A DNA stretch of 64,000 nt from an uncultured Clostridia bacterium (GTDB lineage Bacteria; Bacillota; Clostridia; Christensenellales; CAG-917): contig CANQNQ010000002.1 of NCBI GenBank assembly GCA_947625225.1, forward strand, positions 37,397 to 101,396, written 5' to 3'. Below the pieces are notes generated by a model that saw only the letters and a list, made by a program, of their open reading frames with translations, had not been told where the DNA came from and made no database searches. The position numbers and the translations under genes are program-made. Below, piece by piece: positions 1 through 9,577 of this stretch. Each line of letters starts with the position of its first letter. The stretch's first letter is position 1.

Positions 1-2
1 TG

Positions 3-980
3 GTGACGGGTCTCGCGCTTGAAAACGGCTCCGTAAAGGGCGTGAGGACGGCGGACGGCGAGGAAAGATACGACCTCGTGATAGACGCAAGCGGTATGGA
101 TTCTCCGCTCCGCGCGCAATTGCCCCAGAAGTGGTGCGTGCAGGGCGAGGTCAACAAGGAGGGCGTGCTGTACGGCTACCGCGCATTTTTCAAGGCTCCC
201 GACGGCGCAAAGCCGCTTGAGGAGGGCATAAACAGCTCGCTTGTTCTGAAGCACATGGGCGGCAAGGGCATAAGTTGGTGCAACCTCACCGAGGACGGCA
301 AGACGGACGTGCTAATAGGCAGGATAGGCGCACTGAGCGACGAGGAGATAGAAGCGGCAATTTGCGACATGAGGTCACATTTTGACATACTGAGCGAGGA
401 TATTTTGAGCGAAAGACGCGTAAAGATATGCTTAAGGAGCGGCATTGCCGTGGGCGTGGCGGACGGCTACGTCGCGATAGGCGACAGCGCGTTTATGACC
501 ATGCCGCTGATGGGCAGTGGGATAGAATCCTCCATGAAAGCGGGCAAATTGTTTGCGGATATGGTGGCAAACGGAGACGTAACGGACTTCGGCGCGGCGC
601 AGCTGTGGAAGTTTTGGAGACAGTATATGCGCGTATATGGCGGCGACTTCGCGCTTATAGACGTTGTGAAAAGCTGGGCGCTGGCGCAAAAGCCGGAAAT
701 GATAGATTGGGTGTTTTCAAGTGGACTTATAGAGCGCAGCGACCTCGCGCTGGTCAGCACGGACTCCAACGCGACAAAGCAGGGCATTCCCGCAAAGAGC
801 ATATTCAAAAAGATAGGCATACTGCTCAAAAAACCCTCGTTCGTGGGCTCTGCGCTTAGGGCTGTGGTGCGCGCGCTGATGGCAAAACGCTGCGCGACGC
901 ACGCGCCCAAAAAGTACGACGAGCGCCGCATAAGGCGATGGGCTGCGCGCTACGATAAGCGCATAGGCAAGTACAACTGA
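3..980 (+). CDS. NAD(P)/FAD-dependent oxidoreductase, geranylgeranyl-reductase/FixC-like (5' end outside window)
   Basis: 'YDLVIDASG' and 'AIGDSAFMTMPLMGSGIESSM' FAD-binding GD motifs; ORF runs in from the window edge. Confidence 0.75.
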   Translation: MTGLALENGSVKGVRTADGEERYDLVIDASGMDSPLRAQLPQKWCVQGEVNKEGVLYGYRAFFKAPDGAKPLEEGINSSLVLKHMGGKGISWCNLTEDGKTDVLIGRIGALSDEEIEAAICDMRSHFDILSEDILSERRVKICLRSGIAVGVADGYVAIGDSAFMTMPLMGSGIESSMKAGKLFADMVANGDVTDFGAAQLWKFWRQYMRVYGGDFALIDVVKSWALAQKPEMIDWVFSSGLIERSDLALVSTDSNATKQGIPAKSIFKKIGILLKKPSFVGSALRAVVRALMAKRCATHAPKKYDERRIRRWAARYDKRIGKYN

Positions 981-987
981 GGCACAT

Positions 988-1818
988 ATGGCGGACATAA
1001 GAATAGCTCGCGTGGGCTTGCACAGGTTTGAGGAGCCTTGTATTTCGGGGACGAGGGGCAGCGGAACGGTGTTTTTTTCCGGCTGCAATCTGAGGTGCAG
1101 GTTCTGTCAAAACTACGAGATATCCCGCGACGACAAGGGCATCCCGGTGGATGGCGACACGCTGTTGAGGCTTATGCAATACCTTGTCGACGAGGGCGCG
1201 CACAACATCAATCTTGTGACTCCGTCAAATTACACAAACGTGCTTATTCCCGTACTTGAACGCGCAAAATCGTTGCTTAAAGTGCCGATCGTGTGGAACA
1301 GCAGCGGTTACGAAAGCGTTGCCAACCTCAAAAAACTTGAGGGGTATGTGGATATATATTTGCCCGACTTCAAGTACAGCGACGACGATATGGCGTGGCG
1401 ATATTCGCACGCAAAAGGGTACAGGGACGTTGCGGCAAAGGCTATAGGCGAGATGCGACGCCAGCAGCCCGCGGACGTGTTTGACGACGACGGGATAATG
1501 TGGCGGGGCGTAATAGTGCGCCATTTGGTGCTGCCTTGCGGTGTGGAAAACGCGCGCGGCGTGAGCAGGGAGATCGCGGCGATAGACAAAAGCATGTACG
1601 TCAGCATGATGGGACAATATTTTCCGACTCCCGCCGTGGCGGACGACCCGACGCTTGGCAGACGGCTGACAGAGGAAGAGTACGACGCCGCGATAGACGG
1701 TTTTTTCGAGGCGGGGCTTACAAACGGGTTCAGTCAATCCTTGGACAGCGCGACGGAGGAGTATGTGCCCGACTTCGACCTTGGCGCGCTGGAGTCACTT
1801 ATAGCGCGGCTAAAGTAG
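988..1818 (+). CDS. Radical SAM protein, PflX-like (putative PFL-activating-enzyme family)
   Basis: 'HRFEEPCISGTRGSGTVFFSGCNLRCRFCQNYEIS' CxxxCxxC motif; 'DIYLPDFKY' and 'VIVRHLVLP' typical of PflX. Confidence 0.85.
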   Translation: MADIRIARVGLHRFEEPCISGTRGSGTVFFSGCNLRCRFCQNYEISRDDKGIPVDGDTLLRLMQYLVDEGAHNINLVTPSNYTNVLIPVLERAKSLLKVPIVWNSSGYESVANLKKLEGYVDIYLPDFKYSDDDMAWRYSHAKGYRDVAAKAIGEMRRQQPADVFDDDGIMWRGVIVRHLVLPCGVENARGVSREIAAIDKSMYVSMMGQYFPTPAVADDPTLGRRLTEEEYDAAIDGFFEAGLTNGFSQSLDSATEEYVPDFDLGALESLIARLK

Positions 1819-1956
1819 GTGCGATACAGATTGCATAATGAGGCGATCAAATTTGCATAATTATTTAACGATTTGATTTGTTTGGCAAGGTTTTTCATTA
1901 AAATTATTAAAAAACAGCCCAAAAAATGGTATTTTATAAATTTTATTATAAATAAG

Positions 1957-1986
1957 TTGACAAATACTGCATATACATTATAAAAT
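1957..1986 (+). promoter_or_regulatory. sigma-A-type promoter for the large surface protein
   Basis: TTGACA (1957-1962) followed by TATAAA/TAAAAT (1979-1986) in an AT-rich intergenic region. Confidence 0.55.
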
Positions 1987-2071
1987 TATATTCATTATAA
2001 ATAGACTAAAAAACATCTAAAACGCGGGCGCGTCCCGCGCGAATCGATTGCTTTCATACAGGAGGCGAACA

Positions 2072-5000
2072 ATGAGAAAAAGACTTTTGACGGTTGTCTG
2101 CGTAGCTCTTGCACTTATTTTGGCGCTTGGCGTGTTTGTTGCGTGCAACAAGGACAAGGATAAAGACTTCACCGTCACGTTTAAGGACGGATCCGACGTC
2201 GTCAAGACTGTCAGCGTACAGAGAGGTGGCGGGCTTGCCGCCAAGGATATCCCCGCCGCGCCCAAGCACGAAGGCGAGGTCTTTGACGGCTGGTATGTGG
2301 ACGCCGACGTCGTTTCGACAGGCTATGTGCCCTCCGGCAGCATCACCGCGCTTGCCAAGTACCATACTCCCGCCGCGGGCGAATACATAGTGAAGTTTTC
2401 GCTTGGCGAATACGATGGCAACGGCTCCGCTCCGTCGGATATGGCGGCGACCAGCGGCATGCTTGTGGAGCTGCCCAACGTTGATTTCGACTTCCAAGGT
2501 TTGATATTCGGCGGCTGGCAGATAGAGGGTCAGACGGGCACGCTGTACGGCGCGGGCGATGTATACCAGGTGTTTGGCAGCGTCAACTTTGTCGCGACCT
2601 GGGTGGTGAACGAGGCGGCGGCAGACGTCACTTTGAGCTTTGTCGCAAACGGCGGCAGCGACACCGCGGCTGTCACGGCAAAGCCGGGCGAGCTTATAAA
2701 CGCGCCTGCGGCTCCTCAAAAGCAGGGCTTGACCTTTGTCGGCTGGTATACCAATGCGGAGCTGACAGGGGAGGCGGTGCAATTCCCCGCGCGCATGCCC
2801 AAGGACGGCGGCACCTACTATGCAAAGTGGGCGACTCGCTATATCGTGAGGAGGCAATTGCAGAATGTTGCGGGCGACGGCTACACACCCGACGACGTAA
2901 TATATGACATTCCCGAAGGGGATCCCATCACCGAGGTGGACGTCACCGCGGCGATAACCGGTTTTGTATTTGTGGACGGCGAGACAGTGTTCACCCCCGT
3001 AAACGGCGGCGTGTACGAGCTGAAGTACGACAGACAGCACTACACCGTGACCTACAAGCTCAACCTCGATGACTATGAGGTTGAAAACGAGCAAGTGGAC
3101 AGCGTCGTCTACGGACAGAGATACAAGGTTGCGGAGCAGCTTTACGGCGGCGCGGAGGGCTATATGTTCAAGGGCTGGTCCGAGGCGGAGGAAGGCAGTG
3201 TGGTCAAGGAGTACGTCACCATAACGGGTCCCATGACGCTGTACGCGCAGTGGCTGGAAGCATATCTTGACGCCAACGGCGGCTACGACTACATCTACTA
3301 CGACGCCGACGCGCCCTCAAAGATATACCTTGAAAGACTGGGCATGGACGATTATGTCGAGGGCAAGTTTGACGTCGCTACGCAGAAGTTTATGTTCAAC
3401 ATGAGCGATTTCCAGCTGACGGGCACCCTCAATCAGGAGGTAGGCAGCTACTGCTACGACGTGGGCGACAAGACGTACTATTGGTACAATGACGCGAAAG
3501 AAAGCATAGAGGAGGACAGTTATGTCGTGCTGCACGACGACGGCACCGCCAAGGTGAAGGTGACGGACGGCGTGTTCAGCAGATACAAGGCAGGCAATGA
3601 CGGGCTGGAAATTCAGACCTTGCCCGCGGGCGAATATGACAACGTGACCTATCTCTACGACAGCGGCAACTTCGATTATGTGCTGACCATCACGGCGGAC
3701 AACGGCACCGTGTACGAGTTCGGCTTTGCCAACGGTTGGGCAAACAAGCTCCGCGACGATTCTCCCGACATGGCGCACTTCGATGTGTTCTTTACGCGCG
3801 GACTCGAGGCGGGCTACTACTGCGTGGGCATAGACGAAGAAGGCTATCTTGACACCAGCCTTATTGTAATACTCACCGGTTACGGCACGGCGATCGTCGT
3901 TATGGACACTGAACAGTATGTTTGCGAATACGAAGTGTATGAAACGGATCTCGGCCTCGGCGTGGAAGCGGTGCTCGATTTGTCAAGCACAGGCGTCAAC
4001 AGAGTGCTGCGCATCCTGTCCAGCGATTATATCGGCACGACCACAAGCGGCTACATCCTGCGCGGCCTGAGCCAATACAATGGCATGGGCGAGGATGGCG
4101 TCTACACCAACGGCAACGAAAGCCTGTTCCTCACCGGTTACAGCCTCGCTTTGGAGAACGTAGCCGCAAACGAGCTTTATGACGGCTATTGCAACGCCAT
4201 ACTCAGCATAAATGGCAGAAATGAGAATATGAAGTATGTCGTCAGCGACTACTTTGACAGCGAGTACTATGGCGACGACTTTGTAGGATTGGAAAATACT
4301 CAATACAGTTTGTACATTTTGAATTTGTACAGCGCTGTCGACGGCGCATGGCAACCTTACAACAGGCAGGCATACGCGCTTGCAAAACTAGTGGGCAAGG
4401 AGTGGCAGTTTAGCTTTGGCTGGATGCCGGACGAGCTGACTCAAGCAAATGATTCATATTTCTATGCCGACCTCACCGAGGGCAGCTTGGATCTCGGCTA
4501 TATAATTATGAAGGCCGATAGCGCCTCGCAAAACGGCGGCGCAATGATGTTTGTGGACAAAGCCGGCAACGTGAAAGTCGGCACCTATGCCAAGGACGCG
4601 GTCGACGGGCAGTATACCTTCACCGCGGACAGCACGAGTCTGAAGTTCCGCTTGCAGGCTTACGACGATGATTCCACGTTCCAAATGTTCTTCGCTTACA
4701 GCCCGGACAACCACGTCATCAACGGCGAGTTCAAACACGACAACGAAATGTTGTCCATCGACTTCATTTGGGCGTCATATGTGGACGCGTACGGGATCCA
4801 GCACAACGGCACTTACTACGACGTGACCGATGGCAGCAGCCCGACGTACAAGTTTGTCTGCGCGGACGAGAATTGTGACATTGCCTTCACTTTTACTGTC
4901 GAGGACGGCGGGGACGGCGAGGACGACAAGTTTATCCTTTCGGACGAGGCGGCGGTTGACGCAACGGACTACTTCTATCTGGATCTGGAAGAGCAAAGTA

Positions 5001-6637
5001 TTTACACCGGCCTCAAATTGACCGTGGACGCTTCGCTCAACGCGACAATAAGCAACTGCGACGATCCCTCGGTGGACTCTCCCGTGTTCACGGAAGTGGT
5101 GAAAGGCAAGCTTGAAGTTTTCGACCTCATCAACGGAATTTATACGTTTGCCAACTTGCAGGTGAGTGATGAAGACCTTGCGACCGAATTTGGGATGAAT
5201 GATAGCTTCAATGTGATGTTCCTGACAGTGACCGCAACGGGCGGCGTGCAGATGAATGCGTTTATGACATCCGACCACTTGGCTGGCACATATACCGTTA
5301 AGGATTTGAAGGGACAGCCCGCAAATATCACCTCCCTTGGTCTCAACGGCTTTGGCGACGGCACCATGGAAATGGCTGCCGAGGGCTTGTTGATGATCGC
5401 CAACTATACCGTGTCGGCGTACCGCGACGGGCACTACATCGTCACGCTGGCGGCAGGCAGCACAAGTTATTCCTTTGAATTGAATACCTCGGACAACACC
5501 GCAGTCTTGCTCGACAGTGAGGGCTTCATGATGTACAATCTGACCGATGGCATGTATATTTACAACGTTTATATGCTGTTGGACGGCAAGGGCAATGTGG
5601 ACATCATATACTATGACAGCAAAACAGATGAGACAAAGACGGTAAGCGAATCCACAAGCACATACGATATGGATGAGGAAAATCCCGGCTACGGCAGTGT
5701 GACCCTCAATTATGTCGTCTTTAGTGAAGGGACGGATATGTCATATACGCAAAAGGTGCATTGGAATGACAACGTCGATTATTTGCGCGATGTATACGGC
5801 ATGACCGAAAATTTCCAATTTGTGTTGGTCACGTTGGGTAGCTACCAGTGCTTCCTGGTGTACAATGAGGCGTTGGAAGATATCTTTGTGTGCGACGACG
5901 GCTCCGTGCTTGTGACGGATGGCTATTTCCAGGCCGAATACATCGACAAATACGGCAACTACTATTCAAGCGGGCAGTTTGTTATAGAGGAGCGCGAATA
6001 TTACAATGTCTATCTGGAGTCTACGACAATTGATTTGCTCAGGTTCAGCAGCAACGATGACTTCACCTTTGTACTGTTTGACGACGGCACTTTCCACCGC
6101 GTTGGCAACGAGATAGGCGCATACGATTATTTTGGCTCGGCAACCGTTTACTTTGATGGAGAGGGTGGGTTCTTGTTCAACAGTGATACGTTGGGCATTA
6201 TGTTTGGCACATATGTCCTCGAAGATGACATCTACTCTTCCGCTACGGGCTATATCTATCAAGAGGTCACCGTGACCGTCCCCGAGGATTACGACGATGA
6301 CGGCAATCCAACGGGTTACGTTGATTTCAGATTCCAGCTCGACCAAAACAGCTATAGCTGCTACCTGTATGACGAGAGCATTGCAGGCGAATTTACCAAT
6401 GATGTGAGCAACAATACTGTCGTAAACATGTATGGCAACGGATATATGGAGTTCTTGATTGTGTTGGAGGACGGTACGCAGGTGGCTGTGGTGCTGTACA
6501 GCATTGAAGAGGAAGCGGACGGCGAAGAATGCTATACATGCATTATGGTGGACCTCGAAACCCTGGTGGCATACACTTTCAGCTTGGACCTTGTAAACAA
6601 GACGTACGTCTATTCAGGTATGGAATCTTTGACTTGA
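2072..6637 (+). CDS. Large acidic surface lipoprotein with N-terminal InlB B-repeat (Listeria-Bacteroides repeat) domains
   Basis: GGAGG RBS, ATG 2072, signal peptide with lipobox 'VFVAC'; repeats such as 'PAAPKHEGEVFDGWY', 'PQKQGLTFVGWYTN...YYAKW' and 'GYMFKGWS...LYAQW'. Confidence 0.8.
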   Translation: MRKRLLTVVCVALALILALGVFVACNKDKDKDFTVTFKDGSDVVKTVSVQRGGGLAAKDIPAAPKHEGEVFDGWYVDADVVSTGYVPSGSITALAKYHTPAAGEYIVKFSLGEYDGNGSAPSDMAATSGMLVELPNVDFDFQGLIFGGWQIEGQTGTLYGAGDVYQVFGSVNFVATWVVNEAAADVTLSFVANGGSDTAAVTAKPGELINAPAAPQKQGLTFVGWYTNAELTGEAVQFPARMPKDGGTYYAKWATRYIVRRQLQNVAGDGYTPDDVIYDIPEGDPITEVDVTAAITGFVFVDGETVFTPVNGGVYELKYDRQHYTVTYKLNLDDYEVENEQVDSVVYGQRYKVAEQLYGGAEGYMFKGWSEAEEGSVVKEYVTITGPMTLYAQWLEAYLDANGGYDYIYYDADAPSKIYLERLGMDDYVEGKFDVATQKFMFNMSDFQLTGTLNQEVGSYCYDVGDKTYYWYNDAKESIEEDSYVVLHDDGTAKVKVTDGVFSRYKAGNDGLEIQTLPAGEYDNVTYLYDSGNFDYVLTITADNGTVYEFGFANGWANKLRDDSPDMAHFDVFFTRGLEAGYYCVGIDEEGYLDTSLIVILTGYGTAIVVMDTEQYVCEYEVYETDLGLGVEAVLDLSSTGVNRVLRILSSDYIGTTTSGYILRGLSQYNGMGEDGVYTNGNESLFLTGYSLALENVAANELYDGYCNAILSINGRNENMKYVVSDYFDSEYYGDDFVGLENTQYSLYILNLYSAVDGAWQPYNRQAYALAKLVGKEWQFSFGWMPDELTQANDSYFYADLTEGSLDLGYIIMKADSASQNGGAMMFVDKAGNVKVGTYAKDAVDGQYTFTADSTSLKFRLQAYDDDSTFQMFFAYSPDNHVINGEFKHDNEMLSIDFIWASYVDAYGIQHNGTYYDVTDGSSPTYKFVCADENCDIAFTFTVEDGGDGEDDKFILSDEAAVDATDYFYLDLEEQSIYTGLKLTVDASLNATISNCDDPSVDSPVFTEVVKGKLEVFDLINGIYTFANLQVSDEDLATEFGMNDSFNVMFLTVTATGGVQMNAFMTSDHLAGTYTVKDLKGQPANITSLGLNGFGDGTMEMAAEGLLMIANYTVSAYRDGHYIVTLAAGSTSYSFELNTSDNTAVLLDSEGFMMYNLTDGMYIYNVYMLLDGKGNVDIIYYDSKTDETKTVSESTSTYDMDEENPGYGSVTLNYVVFSEGTDMSYTQKVHWNDNVDYLRDVYGMTENFQFVLVTLGSYQCFLVYNEALEDIFVCDDGSVLVTDGYFQAEYIDKYGNYYSSGQFVIEEREYYNVYLESTTIDLLRFSSNDDFTFVLFDDGTFHRVGNEIGAYDYFGSATVYFDGEGGFLFNSDTLGIMFGTYVLEDDIYSSATGYIYQEVTVTVPEDYDDDGNPTGYVDFRFQLDQNSYSCYLYDESIAGEFTNDVSNNTVVNMYGNGYMEFLIVLEDGTQVAVVLYSIEEEADGEECYTCIMVDLETLVAYTFSLDLVNKTYVYSGMESLT

Positions 6638-7110
6638 TGTCAAAGCGCAAAATGATGACGCGCGCGGACAAGTTCTGCGCGCGTTTTGCATACCTGTATT
6701 GCAAAATTTGCTTTGGAATGCGCATTAGGCATACGTTTTTTTGCGAGGATATACGCCGTTTGTTGCGCTTTGATGGCTTTTGGTATTTCCGCTTTAATTC
6801 GTATGGCGGAGAGACGTTATCGTGTGTATAGTCAGTCCCTTAGTTATGCGTATTTTATTTGTAAATTGTAGGGCGGCATTGGAGCAGCGTGCGGCGGCGC
6901 GTTTTTGGCATATATCAAAGTCGATAAGTCCCTCCGGCGTGGCGTATTTGGTCTGTTGACTGCCGTGAGGCGGGCGGTATGGCTTTGCGCCCGCGCTGAA
7001 CACTTTTTGTATTTTATAAAGAAAACCTTAAAATTCCTGTCGAAATTTGTTGATAAAATTTTATCGTTGTGCTAAAATATCCGCAATATGTTTGCGGAGG
7101 CGGCGCTACT

Positions 7111-7203
7111 ATGAAGGGTATGCTGATGTCCCATGTGGAGACCATTTGCGTGGCGGTGTCGGGTGAAGTGCCCTCTGTTTCCTCCGCTGAGTATCTCGCC
7201 TGA
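7111..7203 (+). CDS. Putative 30-aa leader peptide upstream of uraA (MKGMLMSHVETICVAVSGEVPSVSSAEYLA)
   Basis: GGAGG at 7096-7100, ATG 7111, in-frame TGA 7201-7203 placed 2 nt before a terminator hairpin. Confidence 0.5.
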   Translation: MKGMLMSHVETICVAVSGEVPSVSSAEYLA

Positions 7204-7205
7204 AT

Positions 7206-7235
7206 AGATGTCCCGTTTGCGGACATCTTTTTTTT
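7206..7235 (+). terminator. Leader (attenuator) intrinsic terminator before uraA
   Basis: AGATGTCC-cgtttgc-GGACATCT followed by a T run, 27 nt upstream of the uraA ATG. Confidence 0.75.
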
Positions 7236-7262
7236 GGATAATAAACATATAGGAGAAATGTT

Positions 7263-8852
7263 ATGGCAAACAACAATCTCATCTATGACGTGCAAGATGT
7301 GCCAAAGCCGTTTGGTAAATTGCTGGTCTTTGCGTTCCAGCAGGTGTTGGCTATCATGGCTGCAACGATAGCCGTGCCGACGATCACAGGACTGAGTGTA
7401 CAGATCCCCGCTGCAATTCTCGGCGCGGGCATAGGTACGATAGTGTACCTGCTGTTCACCAAGTTCAAGAGCCCCGTTTTCCTTGGCAGTTCGTTCGCAT
7501 TCCTCAGCTCGTTGAGCGTGGCAATCTGCTATGGCTATTTGGGCATCATCGTAGGCTCTATCTTCGCAGGACTTGTGTATGTGGTGCTGGCGATCATCAT
7601 CCACTTTGCGGGCACCAAATGGGTAAGCAAACTGATGCCTCCCGTCATCATCGGACCCACCGTCGCCCTCATCGGTCTTTCTCTTGCGGGCAACGCAATG
7701 GGCGATATGGTCACGGCAAGCGGAGCGGAAACATTAACCTTGATCAATGGTGCGCCGGTAAATTATAATCTTATAAGTTTGCTGTGCGGACTTGTGACTT
7801 TCTTCACCATCATCATCTGCTCCTGCCAAAAGAGATTCAAGAGCATGAAGTTGATCCCCTTCATCATTGGTATTGGCGCCGGCTATCTTGTGGCGACCAT
7901 CTTCTCCGCAATCGGCTACGGCGCGAAAGTGGAGTATCTCAAGATAATCGACTGGTCCCCCTTGGTGGACAATTTCAAGGTGCTTGGCGACAGCGCTGCT
8001 AAGGCGGGCGATAAAGTGCAGGCGTTCCTCACATATCCCGACTTCGCGCTCATCGAGGCTATCAAGGAAATCGTTAATAAGGGCGTCAATGCGGATATTT
8101 TGAAAGCGTCCGACAACGCAGGTCAACTGCTCAACGGCGCAGGCGTTGCAGAGGTCGCGCTGGCATTCATCCCCGTGGCATTGGTCGTGTTTGCAGAGCA
8201 TATCGCAGACCACAAGAACCTCAGCTCTATCATCGGTCAGGACCTCGTCGAAGGCGAGCCCGGTCTGAAGAGAACGCTGCTCGGCGACGGCGTAGGCTCC
8301 ATCGCGGGCACAGTGTTCGGCTATTGCCCCAACACCACCTACGGCGAGTCCGTCGGCTGCGTGGCTATCACCAGAAACGCGTCGGTAGCTACAATATTTA
8401 TGGCTGCTTGCATGTGCATCGTACTCAGCTTCATCAGCCCGCTTATGTGCCTGCTGCGCACCATCCCCAGCTGCGTTATGGGCGGCGTGTGCCTCACCCT
8501 GTACGGATTTATAGCGGTCAGCGGTCTCAAGATGTTCAAGCACATCGACCTTGGCGAAAACAAGAATCTGTTTGTCGTCAGCGCCATCCTCATTGCGGGC
8601 ATTGGCGGTCTGTCCATCCAGATCCCGTACGCGATTGAAGGCAACGGCTTGGTCACCAAGACCATCCAGATCACGTCCATCGCGACCGCGCTCATTCTGG
8701 GCATTGTTACCTACGCAGTCATCGGCGCCATCGAGAAGCGCGGCGGTAAGAACGAGGATAAGCCCGAAAGCCTTATGGCGGCTCCCGTCGAGGCGGACAA
8801 CACCTACGAGGTGGGCGCCAAGGAAGCTGCTGAAACTAATCAGGACGACTAA
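7263..8852 (+). CDS. uraA: Uracil/xanthine permease (NCS2 family)
   Basis: 'SPVFLGSSFAF', 'EHIADH' and 'PNTTYGESVG' NCS2 signature; adjacent to upp. Confidence 0.9.
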   Translation: MANNNLIYDVQDVPKPFGKLLVFAFQQVLAIMAATIAVPTITGLSVQIPAAILGAGIGTIVYLLFTKFKSPVFLGSSFAFLSSLSVAICYGYLGIIVGSIFAGLVYVVLAIIIHFAGTKWVSKLMPPVIIGPTVALIGLSLAGNAMGDMVTASGAETLTLINGAPVNYNLISLLCGLVTFFTIIICSCQKRFKSMKLIPFIIGIGAGYLVATIFSAIGYGAKVEYLKIIDWSPLVDNFKVLGDSAAKAGDKVQAFLTYPDFALIEAIKEIVNKGVNADILKASDNAGQLLNGAGVAEVALAFIPVALVVFAEHIADHKNLSSIIGQDLVEGEPGLKRTLLGDGVGSIAGTVFGYCPNTTYGESVGCVAITRNASVATIFMAACMCIVLSFISPLMCLLRTIPSCVMGGVCLTLYGFIAVSGLKMFKHIDLGENKNLFVVSAILIAGIGGLSIQIPYAIEGNGLVTKTIQITSIATALILGIVTYAVIGAIEKRGGKNEDKPESLMAAPVEADNTYEVGAKEAAETNQDD

Positions 8853-8861
8853 GGAAAAATT

Positions 8862-8898
8862 GCGGCATACGGGATATGGCTCCCGTATGCCGTTTTTT
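8862..8898 (+). terminator. Intrinsic terminator after uraA
   Basis: GCGGCATACGGGA...TCCCGTATGCCGT stem plus T run. Confidence 0.7.
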
Positions 8899-8938
8899 AG
8901 AAAAATGCAACCTGTATTACAATTTTTGAGGTAAAATT

Positions 8939-9577
8939 ATGAAACAATATCCCAATGTAACCATCTTCAATCATCCGCTCATCCAGCACAAGGTCGCCAT
9001 CTTGCGCGACAAAAACACCGGGATGAAGGAGTTCCGCGAGCTCGTCGAGGAGATAACCACCCTTATGGTGTTCGAGGCGTTCAAGGACGTCCCCACCAAG
9101 ACCGTCACCGTGGAAACTCCGCTTGAAACCGTGCCTCAGACCATGGTGGCAGACAATGCCGTCACCATCGTGCCAATCCTGCGCGCGGGCCTCGGCATGG
9201 TCAATGGTGTGCATACGCTGTTTCCCACAGCCAGAGTAGGGCACATCGGTCTCTACCGCGACGAGGAGACTCTCGAGCCGCACGAGTACTACTGCAAGCT
9301 CCCCGAGGGCATCGAGAACAGCATCGCCATCTTGCTTGACCCCATGCTCGCCACCGGCGGCAGCGCAGTCGGAGCCATCGACCTGCTCAAAAAGCGCGGC
9401 TGCAAGGAGATCCGCCTTATGAACATCATCGGCGTCCCTCAGGGCGTCGAAGCCGTCGCCTCCGCGCATCCCGACGTGAAGATCTATGTGTCCACTCTCG
9501 ACCGCCAGCTCAACGATGTGGGCTATATTTTGCCGGGATTGGGGGATGCGGGCGATCGCCTCTTCGGCACCAAATAA
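8939..9577 (+). CDS. upp: Uracil phosphoribosyltransferase
   Basis: 'HPLIQHK', '[10 protein letters not shown]', '[11 protein letters not shown]' and '[17 protein letters not shown]'. Confidence 0.98.
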   Translation: MKQYPNVTIFNHPLIQHKVAILRDKNTGMKEFRELVEEITTLMVFEAFKDVPTKTVTVETPLETVPQTMVADNAVTIVPILRAGLGMVNGVHTLFPTARVGHIGLYRDEETLEPHEYYCKLPEGIENSIAILLDPMLATGGSAVGAIDLLKKRGCKEIRLMNIIGVPQGVEAVASAHPDVKIYVSTLDRQLNDVGYILPGLGDAGDRLFGTK

